64,000 nucleotides of DNA from Candidatus Atribacter allofermentans (GCA_002069605.1 MWBQ01000021.1:55818-119817), one strand, 5' to 3'; counted from the first letter of the stretch, positions 1 to 8,563 are shown. Numbers and translations: made by a program. The notes: a model not told the origin generated them from the letters alone.

Positions 1-267
1 GAGAAAATAAACCTCACATCCCGGGTAGAAGCTTTGAAGACGCTGGTATTTCTCGATATAGGTGGTTATATATTTTATGGTATGGCTATGCCCAATAGAA
101 TTTCGTGGATGGGGATAAAATGTAATAATTCGTAATGGTTTCTTTTTTTTGGTGGCAATGGTTGCTGCCTGGTTTAAAACGGCTTGATGGCCTAAATGAA
201 CTCCGTCAAAAAAGCCAAGTGCAATGACAGATTCGGGATAATTTTTTGGAAAACCTTTAGATAACAT
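1..267 (-). CDS. ribF: Riboflavin kinase / FMN adenylyltransferase RibF, N-terminal part (runs off the window start)
   Basis: Own translation of the reverse strand from ATG at 267: MLSKGFPKNYPESVIALGFFDGVHLGHQAVLNQAATIATKKKKPLRIITFYPHPR... The ALGFFDGVHLGHQ nucleotidyltransferase motif is typical of FAD synthetases. 11-nt overlap with the truB stop; truB-ribF synteny. Absent from the ORF track because it is truncated. Confidence 0.85.
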   Translation of the reverse strand, partial: MLSKGFPKNYPESVIALGFFDGVHLGHQAVLNQAATIATKKKKPLRIITFYPHPRNSIGHSHTIKYITTYIEKYQRLQSFYPGCEVYFL

Positions 268-1162
268 ATCGACTCCTCTCTTCGACGACGATTTTGGGAT
301 GAAGAAGTCGTTTTTCTTGATTAATATGAGCCAAACCTATAAAAAGATTTTGTGTATAAATTTTTACCCAAGGATTCATTTGCAGTGGAAGGGATTCAGG
401 CCAATTGATCGGATTCCCCTGAAGTAATTTTTTCCCTTCCTCACTTGAAACAAGGACCGAGGGAATCCAGTATAAGGCCTGATCAATAGGAATGGACTTT
501 TGGATCAGAATTTCCGGTTGATGAGAGACATCAGAGACTACCATACTATCAATCCAGGAGAAATTACCAATATTTTCTCGACGTAAACTATATACATATC
601 CACCTCCGCCCAACTGCTCTCCAATTTCATGAGCAATACTTCGAATATAGGTACCAGACGAACAAGATAATAGAATTTCTGCTTGAGGAAATGAACCAGA
701 TTGGATATTGATGATTTGAAGTTGGTGAATAGTAATCTCCTTTTTCAATTCGGGGACTGATTTGCCTTGGCGAGCATACTTATATAACCGATGCCCTTGG
801 TATTTAGTTGCTGAAAAAAGAGGAATTACTTGATGTCTTGTTCCTTGAAAAGGCATAATAGCTTTTTCAATATTGTCGGTTGTAAATGTTTGAAGAGAGA
901 AATTATTAATTTGTCCGAAGACATCAAAGGAATCGGTAGAGATACCAAAACGTATCCAAGCCCGATAGGTTTTGGGAAGATCTTGAAAAAAAGAAGTGAA
1001 ACGGGTTGCTTTCCCCCAACAAATGAGAAGGAGACCTCGAGCAAATGGGTCTAAAGTTCCGGCATGGCCAACTTTTACCCCAAGCACTTTACGGATGGTT
1101 TCTACCACCCGGTGGGAAACGATCCCCACTGGCTTATACACAGGAATAATTCCACCAATCAT
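257..1162 (-). CDS. truB: tRNA pseudouridine-55 synthase TruB
   Basis: 301-aa ORF with the TruB catalytic motif VGHAGTLDPFARGLL. Lies in the rbfA...truB-ribF block. Confidence 0.93.
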   Translation of the reverse strand: MIGGIIPVYKPVGIVSHRVVETIRKVLGVKVGHAGTLDPFARGLLLICWGKATRFTSFFQDLPKTYRAWIRFGISTDSFDVFGQINNFSLQTFTTDNIEKAIMPFQGTRHQVIPLFSATKYQGHRLYKYARQGKSVPELKKEITIHQLQIINIQSGSFPQAEILLSCSSGTYIRSIAHEIGEQLGGGGYVYSLRRENIGNFSWIDSMVVSDVSHQPEILIQKSIPIDQALYWIPSVLVSSEEGKKLLQGNPINWPESLPLQMNPWVKIYTQNLFIGLAHINQEKRLLHPKIVVEERSRYVI

Positions 1163-1166
1163 GTTT

Positions 1167-2171
1167 TTATACAGATAAAGAATGGGGTGTACCCGATTGG
1201 GAAGAAAGGTACCCCTGTATATGTTCTTTCAGATTATGGTAAACGGTTTTAAAATCTCCTTGGATTTTAAAACCGGCTGCTTTTAAATGCCCTCCTCCAC
1301 CAAAAGCATGGGCAATAGGAAGAATGTTGGTTTCATCTTGGGAACGGAGGCTTACTTTAAAACTGTGATTATCAACTTCTCTAATAAACACCGATATGAG
1401 AGATCCAGGAATATAGAGTCCGTAATCGACGATTCCTTCAGTATCTTCTTCCGAGGCTCCGCAGAGTTCAAAATCGCTTTGGAGAAGATAGGTTATTCCA
1501 AAGTGGTATTGATAATCGTATACAAAATGATTCAGGGCTATCCCTAATAATTTTAACGCTGAATACCGTCGACATTTAAAGGCATAACGCATAATCGTAG
1601 CGACCGATGCTCCTTGATTGATGAGATCTTCTAAAATACTAAGAAGCTGCTGATTTAATTCCACATACTGAAACCCACCAGTATCGGTGATAAGTCCAGT
1701 GAGTATTGACATGGAGAGTGATGAATCCAACTCCACTTCACTTTTTTTAGCCAATTGGTAGATAAGAATTGTTGTTGATGGGCAGTGAGGGTCTACATAG
1801 TTAATGGTTCCATAAGAGGAGTTATCAGGATGATGATCAATATTGACTACCAAGGAGCACTTTTCCCGAATATCGTTCAGTCGGCCCAGTCGCTGAGTAT
1901 TGGAACAGTCAACAGCGAAAAAAACTGTATTTTCAGAGATTTGTTTCAGTCTTGGATGAGTTAGAGGGAGGATATCCTTTAAATTTGGTAAAAAATGATA
2001 GAAATAAGGAATTGTATCATCATAAACCATTATTGGATAAAATTTTTTTTGAATAAGAAGCAAATAAAGTGATATCATCGATCCCAAACCATCACCATCG
2101 ATATTCAGATGAGAAGCGATGACGATGGGAGTTTTCTGGGGTAGCGAATTAAGTAAATGTTGTATTTCCAT
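1167..2171 (-). CDS. nrnA: DHH/DHHA1 phosphoesterase, NrnA-type oligoribonuclease / pAp phosphatase
   Basis: 334-aa ORF with DHH-family motifs DGDGLGS, NIDHHPDN and DHHA1 FGGGGHLKAAGF. The position between rbfA and truB is typical for NrnA-like genes. Confidence 0.75.
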   Translation of the reverse strand: MEIQHLLNSLPQKTPIVIASHLNIDGDGLGSMISLYLLLIQKKFYPIMVYDDTIPYFYHFLPNLKDILPLTHPRLKQISENTVFFAVDCSNTQRLGRLNDIREKCSLVVNIDHHPDNSSYGTINYVDPHCPSTTILIYQLAKKSEVELDSSLSMSILTGLITDTGGFQYVELNQQLLSILEDLINQGASVATIMRYAFKCRRYSALKLLGIALNHFVYDYQYHFGITYLLQSDFELCGASEEDTEGIVDYGLYIPGSLISVFIREVDNHSFKVSLRSQDETNILPIAHAFGGGGHLKAAGFKIQGDFKTVYHNLKEHIQGYLSSQSGTPHSLSV

Positions 2172-2173
2172 CT

Positions 2174-2527
2174 TTAACTCCCGCTTTTTCTTCCTATTTG
2201 ATTAATGAGGTCTATGACCTGATAAGCTTTTTCCAGGCTGGTATCGTAGATAAATTCAATTTCGGGCATGTACCGTATTCGAATATTTTGACTGATATGA
2301 CTCCGAATAAATCGACTTGCCTTCAGTAAGGCATGAAAACTTTCTTCAACTTCGTTTTTGTTGCCAGGGAAAGAGACATAAACTCTGGCTATTTTTAAAT
2401 CTGGAGTAATATTGACATGGGTAATAGTCAATCTCTTTATACGTGGATCTGCCGCATTGGATAAAACCATAGTGGCTATCTCTCTTTTAATGAGTTCAGC
2501 CAAACGTTGTGAGCGATAGCTCTTCAT
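2174..2527 (-). CDS. rbfA: Ribosome-binding factor A
   Basis: 117-aa ORF; N-terminus RSQRLAELIKREIA... and DPRIKRLTITHVNITPDLKIARVYVS are RbfA-like. Located downstream of infB. Confidence 0.9.
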   Translation of the reverse strand: MKSYRSQRLAELIKREIATMVLSNAADPRIKRLTITHVNITPDLKIARVYVSFPGNKNEVEESFHALLKASRFIRSHISQNIRIRYMPEIEFIYDTSLEKAYQVIDLINQIGRKSGS

Positions 2528-2564
2528 TTTCAGACCCCTTTCAACAGTTACCTATTTTGATTGG

Positions 2565-2846
2565 TCAATAGATTTGTATAGTAAATTGAATAATTTCATA
2601 CCGACCATCGTCTTCAACAAAACGACCAATCTGATCGATCAAATGCCTTACCGTCATTTCATCTTCACCAACACAGGCAAAGCCGATAAAGCCTTGGTTC
2701 CAGGCAACGTCAGGATTTAATTCAATAACCGAGAGATTAAAACGGTTTCTCAGTCTTTGTTTGATGGAATTCATAATTCTTCTTTTATCTTTTAACGAAA
2801 AACTTTCAGGAAGAGAAAGCAATACTTGACCGGATCCGATTCTCAT
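2565..2846 (-). CDS. DUF503 (YlxP-like) small protein
   Basis: 93-aa ORF (..LPESFSLKDKRRIMNSIKQRLRNRFN..) resembling YlxP/DUF503. Sits between infB and rbfA as in Bacillus. 1-nt overlap with the infB stop. Confidence 0.7.
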   Translation of the reverse strand: MRIGSGQVLLSLPESFSLKDKRRIMNSIKQRLRNRFNLSVIELNPDVAWNQGFIGFACVGEDEMTVRHLIDQIGRFVEDDGRYEIIQFTIQIY

Positions 2847-4771
2847 TATTCTTCTCGTATGACATAAGCTTCTAAAATATCTCCCTCTTCAAAATCTTCA
2901 AAGCGATCAAGTCCAATTCCACATTCATATCCCATAGAGACTTCTTTGACATCCTCTTTAAACCTTTTTAAGGAGACAATTTTTGCTGATTCTTCAAGCA
3001 CTTCTCCTTTTCGAATTACTCGTACAAAGGCATTTCTCTCAATTTTACCCGAGGTGACATACGAACCAGATATCACTCCAGTTTTTGGTATTTTAAAAAC
3101 CGCTCTTACTTCGGCTTTCCCAATATTTTCCAGATATTGCTTAGGCGCTGCCATTCCCTTAATGGCATTTTGTAAATCGTCAATTACATCATAAATAATA
3201 CGATAAAGACGGACATCTACTCCTTCCCTTTTGGCAGCTTTTGATACCTCAGAGGGAAGTTTAACATCAAAACCAATAACAATTCCATTCGAAGCTGCAG
3301 CTAAAACGACATCGGCTTCGTTGATGTTGCCAACTCCCTTGGAGAGGACCTGAACACTGACTTCATCGCTCCCGATTTGGGAAAGAACTTTTTCGATAGC
3401 ATCAAGAGATCCTTGAAAATCAGCTTTGAGGATAATATTCAACTCGCGCTTTTTTCCTTCTTCTGGTGAAAGAAGCTCTTCGAGAGAGGTAATCTGAGCA
3501 CTTGATCCTTTTAAAGATTTTTCCCGCTCCTTCAGTTGTTTTTGATTTGCTATGAGGCGAGCAATTTTTTCATCTTCCAAAACCATGAATTGAGTTCCAG
3601 CTGGAGGTAACTCAGAAAAACCAACAATTTCAACTGGCAAAGAAGGAACGGCCTCTTTAATGGATTTACCATTTACTGAAAAGAGAGAACGTACTTTCCC
3701 CCAGGTGGCGCCGGCAACAAAAAAATCACCAATCTTGAGGATTCCTTCTTTAATAATAACCGTAGCAACCGGTCCCTTTCCTCGATCTAATCGGGATTCA
3801 ATAATAGTTCCGGTGGCATAACCTTGATACCGTGCTTTGAGCTCCAAGATTTCGGCTTGCAGTAAAATCATTTCTAAAAGGTCATTAATCCCCTTTTTCT
3901 GAAGAGCTGATATATTCACGAAAATTGTATCTCCTCCCCATTCTTCGGGAACCAGCCCATGATCAGAGAGTTGTTGCTTAATGCGATCAGGATTTGCACC
4001 GGATTTATCGATCTTGTTAATGGCAACAATAATAGATACATCGGCAGCTTTAGCGTGCTGGAGAGCTTCAACGGTTTGAGGCATTACACCATCATCAGCA
4101 GCTACTACCAAAATGGCAATATCAGTGACTTGAGCTCCCCGAGCCCTCATTGCCGTAAAAGCTTCATGGCCAGGTGTATCAACAAAAGTAATCTTTTTAT
4201 TGTTGACTTCGATTTGATAGGCTCCGATTTTTTGAGTGATCCCACCATATTCAGATTCAGCAACCTTAGAACGACGAATTGCATCTAATAAAGTGGTTTT
4301 TCCATGATCGACATGACCTAAAACGGTTACAATCGGAGGGCGAATCTGTAAACTACCTTGAAGAGCTTCAATAGTTTTTTCTCGTAAACTATCTTCCCAG
4401 GTGATTTCCCAGTTTTTCTCACGGGCTAAACGTTCAACCACTAATGGTGGAAGAGGTTTTTTTGAATCAAAAATCACATTCCAATCGGCTAATTTAATTA
4501 CAATATCTTCCCAATTCATATCAAGAAGACGAGCGATATCTTTCAAAAGTGGGGATTCTTTGAGTTGGATGGTTCGCTCTTTTCTTTTTCGTTTTTTTTC
4601 TTCTTCTTTTTTCTGATACTCCCTTTCTTCCTGTAAAAGCTCAATATACTCTTCATCAATACTACTCATATGGTTTTTTACATCAGATCCTAAAGCTTTT
4701 AATATATCCATCACTTCATGAGTTGGCATACCAAGCTGTTCTGCCACTTTATATATTCTAATTTTTGCCAT
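2846..4771 (-). CDS. infB: Translation initiation factor IF-2
   Basis: GTPase motifs GHVDHGKTTLLD, DTPGHEAF and NKID. I place the start at ATG 4771 (MAKIRIYKVAEQLG) because AAGGAGG lies 5 nt upstream. The track ORF starts 27 nt earlier at 4798. Confidence 0.95.
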   Translation of the reverse strand: MAKIRIYKVAEQLGMPTHEVMDILKALGSDVKNHMSSIDEEYIELLQEEREYQKKEEEKKRKRKERTIQLKESPLLKDIARLLDMNWEDIVIKLADWNVIFDSKKPLPPLVVERLAREKNWEITWEDSLREKTIEALQGSLQIRPPIVTVLGHVDHGKTTLLDAIRRSKVAESEYGGITQKIGAYQIEVNNKKITFVDTPGHEAFTAMRARGAQVTDIAILVVAADDGVMPQTVEALQHAKAADVSIIVAINKIDKSGANPDRIKQQLSDHGLVPEEWGGDTIFVNISALQKKGINDLLEMILLQAEILELKARYQGYATGTIIESRLDRGKGPVATVIIKEGILKIGDFFVAGATWGKVRSLFSVNGKSIKEAVPSLPVEIVGFSELPPAGTQFMVLEDEKIARLIANQKQLKEREKSLKGSSAQITSLEELLSPEEGKKRELNIILKADFQGSLDAIEKVLSQIGSDEVSVQVLSKGVGNINEADVVLAAASNGIVIGFDVKLPSEVSKAAKREGVDVRLYRIIYDVIDDLQNAIKGMAAPKQYLENIGKAEVRAVFKIPKTGVISGSYVTSGKIERNAFVRVIRKGEVLEESAKIVSLKRFKEDVKEVSMGYECGIGLDRFEDFEEGDILEAYVIREE

Positions 4772-5063
4772 GCTTAACCTCCTTTGGCAAGGATTCAATT
4801 AGGTTTTGAATTGCCCTCTGTAGAGCTATAACATCTTCCTGAATTACCTCAGTTTTAAGGGCAAAAGAAAGGAGTTGCCTATTTATACGAGCATTGCATT
4901 CTGTATTCGGGCATATATAGGCTCCTCTTCCAGGTTTTTTTCCAGTCATATCGATATCTATCTCACCAGTAGGTGACGCAACGATCCGAACCAATGATTT
5001 TTTCTCTTTTCGAAGGCGACAAGACAGGCAAAGCCGTAAGGGTATTTTCTTTTTTTTCATCAA
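4758..5063 (-). CDS. ylxR: YlxR/DUF448 RNA-binding protein
   Basis: 101-aa ORF with RLCLSCR...GRGAYIC motifs typical of YlxR. Sits between nusA and infB; overlaps both neighbours. Confidence 0.85.
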   Translation of the reverse strand: MMKKKKIPLRLCLSCRLRKEKKSLVRIVASPTGEIDIDMTGKKPGRGAYICPNTECNARINRQLLSFALKTEVIQEDVIALQRAIQNLIESLPKEVKHGKN

Positions 5064-6115
5064 TGACTTGGCACCTCTTTTATTTCCTGATCACTTTTTA
5101 TATCGATTCTCCAACCGGTCAAACGGGCAGAAAGTCTAGCATTCTGCCCTTCTTTCCCAATGGCGAGTGAAAGTTGATCATCGGGAACATAAACCCGGGC
5201 TGTATTAGAATCAGAATCAAGTTCGACCAAGGTGACATGAGCCGGACTCAAGGCATCTGAAATAAATACCTTTGGATCGTTGCTCCAACGGATAATATCA
5301 ATTTTTTCACCCCGGAGTTCATCGGTTATATGTTTAACCCTTGCTCCTTTATTTCCAATGCAAGAACCAACCGGATCGACCTTGGCATCCCGGCTTTCGA
5401 CAGCAATTTTAGTTCGGGCTCCCGGTTCCCGGGCGATAGCTTTGATGGTGACAAAACCATCATGAACTTCCGGAACTTCCAATTCAAATAATCTTTTTAC
5501 TAAGCCTGGATGGGATCGAGAGAGAACAATACGGGGACCCCGGCTGGTTTTTTTCACTTCAATTATATAAAATTTCATCCGGGCTCCAATCCGATAATTT
5601 TCCGATGGTATCTGTTCATTAGGCGGAAGAAGAGATTCAATTTTTTCCAGATCGATGATGATATTTTTCCCTTCTTTACGGTTAATGACGCCAGTAACGA
5701 TGTCCTCTGCCCTTTCTAAAAATTCATCATATACCAAACTTCTCTCAGCTTCTCGAATGCGTTGCATAATTACCTGTTTGGCAGTTTGGGCTGCAATCCT
5801 CCCAAAATCTTTGGGTGTAATTTCAACCTGAACTATTTCTCCCGGTCCAACTCGATTTGGGTTTTGGTTGGATAGAACTTCATATTCGTCGATATCAAGC
5901 GTTTCACCATTTTCAGGGTTGACTAATTTGTGGGTGTATACTTTAACTTCTCCAGTATTTGGATCAAGAATAACTTCCACTGCTTTATGGGGGCCCTTAA
6001 AATTTTTCTTGTATGCAGAAAGAAGAGCCGCTTCTATAGCTTGTTTTAGGGTCTCACGCGAAATCCCCTTTGCTCTTTCAATTTGCTCGATTGCAAAAAA
6101 AAGATCTTTATTCAT
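5060..6115 (-). CDS. nusA: Transcription termination/antitermination factor NusA
   Basis: S1 and KH domains (..GSCIGNKGARVKHI.., ..AIGKEGQNARLSARLTGWRIDI..). Start placed at ATG 6115 (MNKDLFFAIEQIERAKGIS), which has a G-rich SD (gcaggggg). The track ORF extends 60 nt further into the leader. Confidence 0.93.
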   Translation of the reverse strand: MNKDLFFAIEQIERAKGISRETLKQAIEAALLSAYKKNFKGPHKAVEVILDPNTGEVKVYTHKLVNPENGETLDIDEYEVLSNQNPNRVGPGEIVQVEITPKDFGRIAAQTAKQVIMQRIREAERSLVYDEFLERAEDIVTGVINRKEGKNIIIDLEKIESLLPPNEQIPSENYRIGARMKFYIIEVKKTSRGPRIVLSRSHPGLVKRLFELEVPEVHDGFVTIKAIAREPGARTKIAVESRDAKVDPVGSCIGNKGARVKHITDELRGEKIDIIRWSNDPKVFISDALSPAHVTLVELDSDSNTARVYVPDDQLSLAIGKEGQNARLSARLTGWRIDIKSDQEIKEVPSH

Positions 6116-6173
6116 ATTAAACCCCCTGCATACTATTACTTTCTTGTTCGATAATAAAAAATATTGGTCTTTC

Positions 6174-6222
6174 ATACAAACAAGAAAGAGTGGGCTTCAA
6201 ACCCACTCTTTCTTGTTTGTAT
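6174..6222 (-). terminator. Perfect 21-bp inverted repeat with 7-nt loop; intrinsic terminator or attenuator candidate in the nusA leader
   Basis: atacaaacaagaaagagtggg (6174-6194) / cccactctttcttgtttgtat (6202-6222). GC core, A-rich 5' arm, U-rich interrupted 3' arm (UUCUUGUUUGUAU). Lies 59 nt upstream of the nusA ATG. The symmetry gives the same structure on both strands. Confidence 0.5.
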
Positions 6223-6344
6223 GCCTTCATTCTCCTATAAAACAGGATCAGTCTTCGATGTAAGGTTCAAATAATAAAACTAATCATTCAAAGAACACCA
6301 ACCTTATTCGGCAAAATTAAGTAACTAGGTGTTCTATCCCTACT

Positions 6345-6373
6345 ATTTTATACTAACTGAGCATGGGTTGCAA
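6345..6373 (-). promoter_or_regulatory. Sigma-70-like promoter candidate for the nusA operon
   Basis: Reverse strand reads TTGCAA (6373-6368), a 17-nt spacer, then TAAAAT (6350-6345). This predicts a leader of about 220 nt to nusA. Confidence 0.4.
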
Positions 6374-6522
6374 ATTTATCCTCTATAAATATATTGACGT
6401 GTGGCTCATATCGAGTCAGGAATTTAAAAGCAGTGATGAGAAAAAAATGTGCACAACACAACCCCCTCATATTTCTTCTTTCCTGGAGGAATGAATTCAA
6501 TAATTCATCTCCTTGGGAAGGG

Positions 6523-6546
6523 GACTGTCTAGCTGACTGTCTAGCT
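6523..6546. repeat. Tandem duplication of a 12-mer (gactgtctagct x2)
   Basis: Read directly: gactgtctagct at 6523-6534 and again at 6535-6546. Flanked by G runs (gggaagg / cggggga), inside the unassigned tyrS-nusA spacer. Confidence 0.9.
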
Positions 6547-6773
6547 CGGGGGAGAGTATACTTTTTAAGTTGTATTGTTGTCTTGAGCCCTCATCTTTTG
6601 AGCTGGTAACGGCCACATCTTTTAAATTTTTCCTTCAATATATTATTATTAGAGGCGATTGCTACGTCGCTCCATTCCGCATAATAAAGGACTAATAAAA
6701 TATTTTAATCTATATTTCCAGGTTAAGAATGAGCATAGATAAGTATTCTTTAATAATAATTGACTTCTCATTC

Positions 6774-8015
6774 TTATTTTTTCTTGATTCTGAAAAAGTG
6801 CTTTTTCCCTACCCGAAGAAATTGGTCATCTTTAATTTGGATATCAGAATTTGGATCAGCTATCCTCATATTATCAAGATATACTCCTCCCTGCTCGACC
6901 AATCTTCGTAATTCACTTTTTGAATGAGATACACCAGTTTTAAGGAGTAAAGAAATAATCCAGATTTTTTCATCTTTAAGGTCATCATTAGTAAGAGTAA
7001 GTATTTGAGCATCTTCGGGACTTTCCTTTTTGGCAAATGCTCGTTCGAAGTCTTCTAATGCCTGGTTGGCACGATCTGATCCATGATATATAGAGACGAT
7101 TTCTTTAGACAGGATTATTTTCCAATCTCGAGGATGGAGGAGATCATTGGTAAAATCTTTTTCCCATTGTAGAATAGTATTCATGGGGATATCGGTGAGG
7201 AGTATAAAATACTTTTTTATTAGAGAATCAGGAATTGACATAATTTTCCCAAACATATCAAAGGGTGGATCGTTAACTGCGATATAGTTGCCGAGACTTT
7301 TGCTCATTTTTTCAACTCCATCAGTACCCTCTAACAATGGCATCATCATGACTACTTGGGGTTCTTGACCAAACTCCCTTTGTAAATCACGACCCATGAG
7401 TAAGTTAAAACGTTGGTCAGTCCCTCCTAATTCTACGTCGGCACGTAGAGAAACCGAGTCGTAAGCCTGCATAATTGGGTAAAGAAATTCATGCAATCCG
7501 ACTGGTTTTCCATTTGATATACGTTGATGAAAATCTTCCCTTTCCAGCATACGGGCTACGGTAAAATGAGCAGTAATTTCAATTATATCAACAAAGGAAA
7601 GATTCTTAAGCCATTTACTATTAAACTCAATGATGGTTTTCTCGGGATCGAGAATTTTAAAAGCTTGATCTGAATAGGTTTTCGCATTGACTAAGACTTC
7701 TTCTTCGGTCAATTGCTTGCGGGTTTCTTTTTTACCGGTTGGATCACCGATGCGTCCAGTAAAATCACCTACCAGAAATACCACTTGATGACCGAGAGCT
7801 TGAAACTGTCTTAGTTTTCTGAGGGTAACGGTATGCCCAAGATGGATATCGGGTGCACTGGGGTCAAATCCTTCTTTAACAATTAAGGGCTGTCCAGTTT
7901 GATAATAGCGATTTAATTTTTTTTGGAGGTCTTCGCGACTAATTATATCTTCAACCCCTCGACAGAGAATTTCGAGGTCTTCAGTTGCTCTTTTTTCAAA
8001 ACTCAATCTGATCAT
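6774..8015 (-). CDS. tyrS: Tyrosyl-tRNA synthetase
   Basis: 413-aa ORF with class I signatures HLGH (PDIHLGHTVTL) and KMSKS (EKMSKSLGN), plus a C-terminal S4-like domain. ATGA overlap with the upstream queT. Confidence 0.93.
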   Translation of the reverse strand: MIRLSFEKRATEDLEILCRGVEDIISREDLQKKLNRYYQTGQPLIVKEGFDPSAPDIHLGHTVTLRKLRQFQALGHQVVFLVGDFTGRIGDPTGKKETRKQLTEEEVLVNAKTYSDQAFKILDPEKTIIEFNSKWLKNLSFVDIIEITAHFTVARMLEREDFHQRISNGKPVGLHEFLYPIMQAYDSVSLRADVELGGTDQRFNLLMGRDLQREFGQEPQVVMMMPLLEGTDGVEKMSKSLGNYIAVNDPPFDMFGKIMSIPDSLIKKYFILLTDIPMNTILQWEKDFTNDLLHPRDWKIILSKEIVSIYHGSDRANQALEDFERAFAKKESPEDAQILTLTNDDLKDEKIWIISLLLKTGVSHSKSELRRLVEQGGVYLDNMRIADPNSDIQIKDDQFLRVGKKHFFRIKKK

Positions 8016-8470
8016 CTCCTTACTATTCCACGTTTAAGCAAGATTTTTAAGATTGGATATCCGATTCCATAACAGGCAATACATTCTCCTATCATAATAT
8101 AAAAAACTGAATAAAAATAGGGAACTTGAAAAAGTTTACTGAGATATAATGAAACACCAAAAGCATTGAATAAGACTGGAGGGAGCGGCGCTAAGTAAGC
8201 TTTTTTCATTTTTGAGGTGACCAGGGCAGCTAAAAAAGTAATGAGAGTACCAAAGACGAAATCCAAGAAGCCAACCTGCCCCAAAAGATTAGCTAGGAAA
8301 CACCCAATGGTAAGACCATAAATTGTTTCAGGAAATAGAAAAGGCAAGACAGTAAAAGCCTCTGCTACTCTGACTTGTATCGGTCCGTATGAAAAAGTAT
8401 AAAAAGGTGGAAGAATGGTAAAAGCGACATAGAGCGCAGCGATCAATGCCATACGAGGAAGTTTCTTCAT
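8012..8470 (-). CDS. queT: QueT-family membrane protein (predicted queuosine-precursor transporter, ECF S-component type)
   Basis: 152-aa polytopic membrane ORF. The N-terminus ALIAALYVAFTILPPFYTFSYGPIQVRVAEAFTVLP matches my recollection of the QueT/COG4708 pattern (AALYVxLT...SYGxxQxRxSE). Confidence 0.65.
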   Translation of the reverse strand: MKKLPRMALIAALYVAFTILPPFYTFSYGPIQVRVAEAFTVLPFLFPETIYGLTIGCFLANLLGQVGFLDFVFGTLITFLAALVTSKMKKAYLAPLPPVLFNAFGVSLYLSKLFQVPYFYSVFYIMIGECIACYGIGYPILKILLKRGIVRR

Positions 8471-8531
8471 TGAATTCTCCTATCCAATTATTTGACTTTT
8501 TCAAATAAAATACCTAAAAAAAGGTATTGAA

Positions 8532-8540
8532 TGATATAAT
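8532..8540 (+). promoter_or_regulatory. Extended -10 promoter candidate (TGaTATAAT) for the PBP gene
   Basis: tgatataat at 8532-8540, about 70 nt upstream of the ATG at 8610. No good -35 element. Confidence 0.4.
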
Positions 8541-8554
8541 AAAGTTTTAGTGAA

Positions 8555-8563
8555 ATTATATCA
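8555..8563 (-). promoter_or_regulatory. Extended -10 promoter candidate (TGaTATAAT) for queT-tyrS
   Basis: The reverse strand of attatatca (8555-8563) reads TGATATAAT. It would give a leader of about 78 nt to the queT ATG at 8470. Confidence 0.4.

Noticed and set aside
6117-6230. 37-aa uORF (MKAYKQERVGLKPTLSCLYERPIFFIIEQESNSMQGV) that runs through the nusA leader hairpin and ends 1 nt before the nusA ATG.
   Set aside because: GGAG lies only 1 nt from its ATG, which is too close for initiation. The peptide merely mirrors the palindrome. Not supportable without ribosome profiling.
5868-6263. 131-aa plus-strand ORF overlapping the nusA 5' end and the leader hairpin. Stands for many similar plus-strand ORFs in the track (for example 2946-3194, 3959-4288, 14309-14590, 16101-16415, 32183-32548, 42356-42691, 46675-47022, 55177-55500).
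   Set aside because: All lie antisense inside well-supported, conserved minus-strand genes. They lack SD sequences and have low-complexity or biased composition typical of shadow ORFs in AT-rich DNA.
6523-6546. The tandem 12-mer as a CRISPR array or a longer satellite.
   Set aside because: Only two adjacent copies with no spacers, and no other copies noticed elsewhere in the window.
8471-8554. Expected preQ1 riboswitch in the queT leader.
   Set aside because: Only an AU-rich 7-bp hairpin with a U5 loop is present. I see neither the preQ1-I core (short GC stem plus A-rich tail pairing into the SD) nor a preQ1-II-like element.
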